From: Verrucomicrobiota bacterium
GTDB lineage: Bacteria > Verrucomicrobiota > Verrucomicrobiia > Opitutales > Cerasicoccaceae
Reading direction: 5' to 3'
Assembly (NCBI GenBank): GCA_039818205.1
Contig: JBCBUK010000001.1
Span: 1-64,000 of the forward strand
DNA: 64,000 bases
The position numbers were made by a program, and so were the translations under genes. The notes below the pieces were generated by a model. The model ran no database searches. It saw only the letters and a program-made list of their open reading frames with translations, and was not told the DNA's origin. Positions 57,671 through 64,000 of the stretch are shown piece by piece (position 1 is the stretch's first letter; the number at the start of each line of letters is the position of its first letter).

Positions 57671-58843
57671 TTAACCAATGGCCTTCTTGAGTTCCTCAGC
57701 CTTGCTGGTGTCTTCCCAAGGGAGACCTGCTTTAGCAAAGTGGCCATAGTGTGTGGTGTCGCGGTAAATTGGGCGCAAGAGGTCCAACTGGGAAACGATG
57801 TCTGCCGGCTTGAAGCTAAAGACTTCCTTGATTGCCTTCTCGATCGCAAGGTGATCGACCTTGCCGGTTCCAAAGGTGTCAATGTGGATGCTGGTTGGAT
57901 GCGGGTAACCAATCGCGTAAGCGACCTGTAGCTCGACCTTCTCAGCAAGACCGGCTGCGACAACATTCTTCGCAACCCAGCGGCACATGTAAGCAGCCGA
58001 GCGATCAACCTTCGATGGATCCTTACCAGAGAAGGCACCACCACCGTGGCGACCATAACCGCCATAAGTGTCGACGATGATCTTACGACCGGTAAGGCCT
58101 GCGTCCCCTTGAGGACCACCGATGACGAATCGACCGGTTGGGTTGATCAAAAATTGCGTGTCACCGTCGATGAGATCCGTTGGCAGCTCCTGCTTAACCA
58201 CGTTCTCGATCAGGAACTCTTTGATTTCCGGCAATTGAGCGGCTTCCGCATGCTGAGTGGAAATAACCACGTTGTTGATGCGAACGGGCTTCCCGTCTTC
58301 GTAGGAAACTGCGACCTGGCTCTTACAGTCTGGACGCAACCAGGCAGCTGGGCTGTTTGGAGCCTTGCGAATCTCGGCCATTTTGCGGAGCACACGGTGC
58401 GCATACATCACGGGCGCCGGCATGAGCTCAGGCGTTTCCGTGCAAGCAATACCGAACATGATGCCTTGGTCACCTGCGCCTTGCTCGTCGGTGTCCTTAC
58501 CATCGGCAGCAGCGGCGTCCACACCTTGGGCGATGTCGTCCGACTGCTTGGTCAGGTAATTGTTGATGAATACGTGATCGGCGTGGAACACGTCGTCGTC
58601 ATTGATGTAGCCGATGTCACGGATCGCTTCACGAATGACGGTGTTGTAGTCAAAGTTGGCGTTGGTGGTGATTTCACCCGCAACGTTAACAACGTTGCTC
58701 TTCACTAGGGTCTCACAGGCAACGCGGCTGGCGGCATCTTGGGACAAGCATGCGTCAAGGATGCTGTCAGAGATATAGTCGGCAACCTTGTCAGGATGGC
58801 CTTCGCCCACCGATTCGGAGGAAAAGTGGTATTTATCACTCAT
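57671..58843 (-). CDS. metK: S-adenosylmethionine synthetase
   Basis: [33 protein letters not shown]. Confidence 0.99.
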   Translation of the reverse strand: MSDKYHFSSESVGEGHPDKVADYISDSILDACLSQDAASRVACETLVKSNVVNVAGEITTNANFDYNTVIREAIRDIGYINDDDVFHADHVFINNYLTKQSDDIAQGVDAAAADGKDTDEQGAGDQGIMFGIACTETPELMPAPVMYAHRVLRKMAEIRKAPNSPAAWLRPDCKSQVAVSYEDGKPVRINNVVISTQHAEAAQLPEIKEFLIENVVKQELPTDLIDGDTQFLINPTGRFVIGGPQGDAGLTGRKIIVDTYGGYGRHGGGAFSGKDPSKVDRSAAYMCRWVAKNVVAAGLAEKVELQVAYAIGYPHPTSIHIDTFGTGKVDHLAIEKAIKEVFSFKPADIVSQLDLLRPIYRDTTHYGHFAKAGLPWEDTSKAEELKKAIG

Positions 58844-58888
58844 AAGGATTCAAAAGATGCTCAGGCTTCCAAAGAAATCAAGCTCATT

Positions 58889-58908
58889 AAATCAATATAT
58901 CTAGATTT
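58889..58908. promoter_or_regulatory. SahR-like operator palindrome upstream of metK
   Basis: AAATCAATATATCTAGATTT, 20-bp imperfect palindrome 45 bp upstream of the start codon. Confidence 0.5.
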
Positions 58909-58998
58909 GTTGATGGATGGCATATTTTTGATAACCGAGAATTGCCTTACCGGCCTGCCAAGGATAGTTTGCTACGGTCTTTTAAACCCAATTCATTT

Positions 58999-60879
58999 AT
59001 GTTCCCATTTAGATCGGTATTTCCCGCCACTCTATTTCTTTGGGCCTCGCTCGCCCATTCCGCATCCGTCGAAGACAATCACATCAACACCCTCGTTTCC
59101 CAATCGGACGCCATCGCGGTCGTCGAGGTTTGGACACCGTCCTCTTACTATTCGGACGATGGAAAAATTCGGACTCAAACGCTCTTGCACGTCATTGAGC
59201 CCCTAAAAGGCACCCTCCCCGATTATTTCTATGCGACTCAGCCAGGCGGTGTGGTCGGTGAAGACGGTTTCTATAACAGCCTCTACCCAATCCCCAAACC
59301 TCATGGTCGAACGCTCGTCATGCTCAAGCGGACAAGTGACGGGCCCGAATTTCTGCCGATTCCCCATGGCCTCACCTATCTTTATTCCTCCAGCCTTGGT
59401 GAACCGAGGACCACTGCTGAGGCCCTCGGCGAGATGAAGCTAGAGTCCATTCGGTATATCACCCAACGTTCTCATCCAGGAGCCGACTTCACCGACTACG
59501 CAGTACTGCGCCTGCCAAGAGTCGCATTCAATAGCACAGGGCTCCTCGGAGACACCGACCCAAACCGCTTTCTCACCCCCGATCGGGGCCAAAAGATTCC
59601 GGTGATCTATGATGCTTCGACGCGCCCACTAGGCATCACCGAGGCCCAATGCCTAGAAGCCCTGGAAGAATCGCTGGCCGCGTGGGAAGCCGCCAGCAGC
59701 ATCCAGTTTGAAATTGTCGGAACCGAAATCTTTACCATGTCAGCCGATGACCTAGCCAGCGGCTCGAATCCTGATTTCCGCCGCGACGGGAAGGTCTTCG
59801 TCCAATTTCACGACAATTTCAATGTCATCAGCAACCTGTCGACGACACTGGGTATCGGTGGGCGAAATTTTAGCACCAATGCCACGGCACCGCTCGGAGG
59901 AAATGTTTCGGGTTTAGACTTTGGACGGGTGAACCGGGGATACGTCGTCCTCGATCACGACAAGGCAACCCTGCAAACCTTGGTTGACCTGAAAGAGGTG
60001 CTGACGCACGAGATTGGCCATGTTCTAGGCCTGGCCCACAGCAGCGAGACGGAACCAGAAACCGATGCGACCCTCGAAGACGCCACCATGTATTTCAAAA
60101 TCCACAGCGATGGACGAGGCGCCGCGATTCGCAGCTGGGACGAGCAAACCGTTGTAAAACCCTATCCAACGGACAACTTACCGCCCTTCGCCTTCGATCG
60201 CTATGTCCATTACGTGACTGGGTTCTCGGCCATCAACAACACCGACATCAACCGCTACGAGCTGGCCGGTGGCGACCTAGACGGCGACACCGTGACCCTG
60301 GAAATCATCACCGAACCAAGCGCGTCGACTGTTACCTATACCGTCGTCAACGATTTTGAGATCGCCTACACACCAGTCACGGCAATTGGCGATAGCGCAA
60401 CGAATCCGCCCTCATTCTTTTCCTCATTGCGACTAATCGCACGTTACAGCGATGGCGAAGATAAATCGGGCGCATTCGTGCTTAGCCCGAAAAATATCTA
60501 CTTCGATAGCCAACCAAGCGGGAACCTGGACGGCCTACCGAATTCATGGATGACGACCTTTTTTGGTACGACGGTCCCGGGCACAAACATGGGCCCCGAC
60601 GACGACTTCGACGGCGACGGAGAAACCAATGAAGACGAGTTCCTCGGCGGGACCGACCCGACCGATATCAATGATCACTTCAAGCTGAGTGGCGTGACTG
60701 GGAACCTACTCACCTGGACCGGTAGTGAATATGAGGTCGCCAAAGTTTCGACTTCGACTGATCTGGTCAACTTTACTTTCGATAGCTATATCAACATCGA
60801 CGATGGCAGCACCGAGACTGATTTCGACCTCCCCTCAACGCCCACGACGACCTTCTACCAGCTAGAACGGGTGGACTAG
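58999..60879 (+). CDS. Secreted zinc metalloprotease (metzincin/M10-like)
   Basis: HEIGHVLGLAH, Met-turn ATMY, DFDGDGETNEDEFLGGTDP acidic repeat. Confidence 0.88.
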   Translation: MFPFRSVFPATLFLWASLAHSASVEDNHINTLVSQSDAIAVVEVWTPSSYYSDDGKIRTQTLLHVIEPLKGTLPDYFYATQPGGVVGEDGFYNSLYPIPKPHGRTLVMLKRTSDGPEFLPIPHGLTYLYSSSLGEPRTTAEALGEMKLESIRYITQRSHPGADFTDYAVLRLPRVAFNSTGLLGDTDPNRFLTPDRGQKIPVIYDASTRPLGITEAQCLEALEESLAAWEAASSIQFEIVGTEIFTMSADDLASGSNPDFRRDGKVFVQFHDNFNVISNLSTTLGIGGRNFSTNATAPLGGNVSGLDFGRVNRGYVVLDHDKATLQTLVDLKEVLTHEIGHVLGLAHSSETEPETDATLEDATMYFKIHSDGRGAAIRSWDEQTVVKPYPTDNLPPFAFDRYVHYVTGFSAINNTDINRYELAGGDLDGDTVTLEIITEPSASTVTYTVVNDFEIAYTPVTAIGDSATNPPSFFSSLRLIARYSDGEDKSGAFVLSPKNIYFDSQPSGNLDGLPNSWMTTFFGTTVPGTNMGPDDDFDGDGETNEDEFLGGTDPTDINDHFKLSGVTGNLLTWTGSEYEVAKVSTSTDLVNFTFDSYINIDDGSTETDFDLPSTPTTTFYQLERVD

Positions 60880-60890
60880 TCCCAACCACC

Positions 60891-61382
60891 ATGAAGAAAG
60901 TCAATGCAAGCGATCTGCCCTGGGACGAACTGAATTCACCGCAGGGTCGTTTTGTACTGTCTCGCAAGGACATATCGCTTGCGATGGGAGCACCAAAAGA
61001 TTTGGGACGTCCGAATGGGCACGCGTTCGATGTCGCGCTTCACCGGATTCCACCTGGGAAGCACAACTGCCCGCTGCACGCCCACAGCCAGCAAACTGAG
61101 TTCTACATTGTTGTGAGCGGACAGGGCCAACTGCGCCAACACATCGACGAGAACACGGAAGTGACGGAGACGCTGGAACCGGGAGATTGCATCCATTGCC
61201 CGCCAAACGGAACCGCGCATCAGATCTTCAACAGCGGCGACGAAGACCTGGTTTTCTGGGTCATTGCGGACAATCCGCCCGCAGAATCAATTTACTATCC
61301 CGACAGCGACAAATGGGCCATCAAGCCAGAGCGCAAATGGTTCAAAGCCACGCCCGTAGACTACTTCGAGGGCGAAGAATAA
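60891..61382 (+). CDS. Cupin domain protein
   Basis: HAHSQQTE...AHQ. Confidence 0.9.
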   Translation: MKKVNASDLPWDELNSPQGRFVLSRKDISLAMGAPKDLGRPNGHAFDVALHRIPPGKHNCPLHAHSQQTEFYIVVSGQGQLRQHIDENTEVTETLEPGDCIHCPPNGTAHQIFNSGDEDLVFWVIADNPPAESIYYPDSDKWAIKPERKWFKATPVDYFEGEE

Positions 61383-61451
61383 CCCACCAATCAGAATCTA
61401 AATTCCGAAATTGATCTCGAGGGCGGGGCTTGTTCTACTTGAGGGCTGATT

Positions 61452-63503
61452 ATGTCTGATATTCAGCAGCCCTATTGTCATTCCCGGTTCAAAGCAGCAC
61501 GTCGCCAGACGCGCGAGGTCAAGGTCGGCAACGTCGGCGTCGGCGGCGACAACCCGATTCGGGTTCAGTCCATGACCACGAGTTTGACGCCGGATGTCGA
61601 CGCAACCGTCAAACAATGCATTCGCCTGGCGGAAGTGGGCTGCGAGATTGTTCGAATCACGGCTCCCAACAAGGCCGCAGCCGAGGCTCTAGGCCCGATC
61701 AGATCGCAATTTTCTGCCGCGGGTTTCGGCGAGATCCCTCTGGTTGCCGACATCCATTTCCTGCCCAGCGCGGCCATGGTGGCCGTTGAGCACGTCGAAA
61801 AAATTCGCGTGAATCCAGGCAATTATGCGGACAAGAAGAAGTTCGCAGTCAAAGAATATTCGGACGATGACTATGAGCAGGAACTCGAGCGCCTGCACGA
61901 AGCCTTTACACCGCTTGTCCTGCGGTCAAAAGAACTCGGTCGGGCACTGCGCATTGGCACCAACCACGGCAGCCTTTCCGACCGCATCATGAACCGCTAC
62001 GGGGACACCCCGCACGGGATGGTTGAGTCAGCTCTAGAGTTTATCCGCATCGCCGAAAGCCACGGATTTCAGGACATCATTTTATCGATGAAGGCCAGCA
62101 ACCCGAAGGTCATGATTCAAGCCTACCGTCTGGCAGTGGAGAAAATGAATGCTGAAGGCATGGCCTACCCGCTCCACCTCGGAGTGACTGAGGCTGGCGA
62201 GGGTGAAGATGCCCGAATCAAAAGCGCTGTTGGCATCGGCGCCCTCCTCTACGATGGCCTGGGCGATACCGTTCGCGTCTCGCTGACTGAGGACCCATGG
62301 TATGAGATCCCAGTTTGCCAGGAACTGGTCAAACGGGCCCATGCTCACTGGGAGAAATCGGCCGCGCTACCCGAATCTGATCGAACCGAGGCCCACGTCG
62401 ATTTCTACAGCTACCAGCGCCGCGAGATCATCGAGCTTTCCCTCGGTCCCAATACGCCTCTCGGGCCACTTGAGCCACCCCGGGTTATCACGCCCGCAAA
62501 ACGTCCGTTGGCCGAGCACGTGGAGATCGTAAAGGAAGTGCTCGAAGTCAACAAGCAGTTCAAAGACGCCAAAGTCGAGGGCTTGCTGGTGACGGTCGAG
62601 TCAGCCTCGGACCTGGAAAACCTGAGCCAATTGGCCAAAGTGCTGGCCCCCACAATTGAGGCCATGGTCGTCGAGATGGGTGACGGCATCGAGCCAGAAG
62701 CGATCCAAGCATTCGATTGGAGCTCCGAGCTCCGCTGGATGTTGGTTAACCAATTTTCCAACGACTGCCTGCCAACCGCGATCAAATGGGCGCGAGAGCA
62801 AGGCATCCTGTTAGCAATCGACACCTCCGCTCACCAAATCCTGGAGTGCAAGGACCTGCTCCGCGAATTGGGAGACGACAATATCGTATTTACCCGCACC
62901 GGTATTCCGACCGATACGCATCCAACGGGCGCTTACCGCGCACTCGGCGACGCACTCCGAGAAATCGGCAGCAAAGCGCCCCTATGGGTCCGCGTAACGC
63001 CATCTATGCAGGTGCTCGATGAGCCCGGATTCGGGAATGAATTGCTGGAATCTTCCATGGTGGCGGGCAGCTTGTTCGTCGATGGCCTCGGCGACCTAAT
63101 CTCGATCGAAAACGTTGAACGCTTCGATCAGTCGACAGCGCTCGCTTACAATATGCTCCAGGCGGCGCGGATGCGGGCCACCAAGACTGAGTATGTCGCT
63201 TGCCCGAGCTGCGGACGCACCCTCTTCGACCTCCAGGAGGTCACACAGCGCATCAAGGGCCGGACAGGCCACCTCAAAGGCGTAACCATCGCAGTGATGG
63301 GTTGTATCGTCAACGGCCCAGGCGAAATGGCCGACGCCGACTTCGGCTATGTGGGTGGCGCCCCCGGCAAAATCAACCTTTATGTCGGTAAGGAGTGCGT
63401 CAAATACAACATTTCCGAGACCGAAGCCCTGGACCGCCTGGTCGACCTAATTTCCGAGCACGGCAAATGGGTCGAACCCGTGCAAGAGCCGGTTGAGGCC
63501 TAG
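61452..63503 (+). CDS. ispG: HMBPP synthase, long three-domain form
   Basis: IRVQSM, RVNPGN, RIGTNHGS, ACPSCGR, MGCIVNGPGE. Confidence 0.98.
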   Translation: MSDIQQPYCHSRFKAARRQTREVKVGNVGVGGDNPIRVQSMTTSLTPDVDATVKQCIRLAEVGCEIVRITAPNKAAAEALGPIRSQFSAAGFGEIPLVADIHFLPSAAMVAVEHVEKIRVNPGNYADKKKFAVKEYSDDDYEQELERLHEAFTPLVLRSKELGRALRIGTNHGSLSDRIMNRYGDTPHGMVESALEFIRIAESHGFQDIILSMKASNPKVMIQAYRLAVEKMNAEGMAYPLHLGVTEAGEGEDARIKSAVGIGALLYDGLGDTVRVSLTEDPWYEIPVCQELVKRAHAHWEKSAALPESDRTEAHVDFYSYQRREIIELSLGPNTPLGPLEPPRVITPAKRPLAEHVEIVKEVLEVNKQFKDAKVEGLLVTVESASDLENLSQLAKVLAPTIEAMVVEMGDGIEPEAIQAFDWSSELRWMLVNQFSNDCLPTAIKWAREQGILLAIDTSAHQILECKDLLRELGDDNIVFTRTGIPTDTHPTGAYRALGDALREIGSKAPLWVRVTPSMQVLDEPGFGNELLESSMVAGSLFVDGLGDLISIENVERFDQSTALAYNMLQAARMRATKTEYVACPSCGRTLFDLQEVTQRIKGRTGHLKGVTIAVMGCIVNGPGEMADADFGYVGGAPGKINLYVGKECVKYNISETEALDRLVDLISEHGKWVEPVQEPVEA

Positions 63504-63625
63504 TGGGCAATTCAAGAGAACCATAAGATCTTGTATCTTTTGGTCAGTTGCGCCATTCATTTGGGATGTGTAAAGTAATATTGGAACCCATCCAATAGAC
63601 ACACTCACACCGACCAAACTCCCAA

Positions 63626-64000
63626 ATGCACCGAACGACGCCTTGTATGGCGCTCTTGTTATTGAGCGCCCTGATTTCTGCCTGTAACTCAAAACCGTCC
63701 GTCGCCCCAGAGGATCCAATTTCAAGCCAACCGGAAACACCAGCCCCGGATGCAGTCGAGATCGGATCAGACGAGTCCTCCACTGCGCCTGCCGAAACCG
63801 CCCAAGCATCAGTTATTGAGCCAAAAAAGGCCCCTAGGCCGAATATCGAAGTCGCCGAAACACCCATTGGTCGAGACGAGCTTGTCGACCTAACCAATAG
63901 TGATGGCCGCAGTCTCCAGGCCCGTATTCTGTATGTCGAAAACGGAAAAGCGTTCATCCGGCGAAGCGACCAACAAGTATTCGAACTCCCGCTAGCCAAA
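63626..64000 (+). CDS. Lipoprotein with SHD1-like domain (partial)
   Basis: LLLLSALISAC lipobox, Pro/Ser linker, LTNSDGRSLQARI...FELPLAK; open to window end. Confidence 0.7.
   Translation, partial: MHRTTPCMALLLLSALISACNSKPSVAPEDPISSQPETPAPDAVEIGSDESSTAPAETAQASVIEPKKAPRPNIEVAETPIGRDELVDLTNSDGRSLQARILYVENGKAFIRRSDQQVFELPLAK

Noticed and set aside
58844..58998. SAM or SAH riboswitch upstream of metK
   Set aside because: Short AT-rich leader with no recognisable aptamer stems
1..64000. CRISPR array, cas genes, IS transposases, rRNA, reverse transcriptase
   Set aside because: No regularly spaced repeats or corresponding protein motifs seen by eye

Overview
Bacterial chromosomal window, most likely Verrucomicrobiota (Opitutales-like). 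This is inferred from the long-form IspG, N-extended RuvC, SHD1-domain secreted proteins and A/C-rich leaders. Bases 1-~12154 are the right end of an integrated prophage: small early genes, a divergent pair of ribbon-helix-helix (RHH) regulators with three repeated operator-like boxes, a cargo block, a tyrosine integrase and a tRNA 3'-end duplicate (att). The cargo block holds a 39-aa peptide, a 1016-aa sensor kinase, a lone receiver, a candidate sRNA and an SHD1/FxLYD protein. The rest is host backbone: sulfotransferase, stand-alone rpmH, a 10-gene MoxR/DUF58/SpoIIM/RDD membrane operon, ruvC, phoD-like, asd, L,D-transpeptidase, antiporter, tig-clpP-clpX, accA, sthA, an EPS export locus, a sigma54 activator facing five unannotated single-TM microproteins, metK-ahcY, a metalloprotease, a cupin and ispG. 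The best candidates for undescribed systems are (i) the prophage peptide/two-component module beside a non-cleavable RHH switch and (ii) the sigma54-driven microprotein array. All family calls come from motif recognition by eye; no searches were run.
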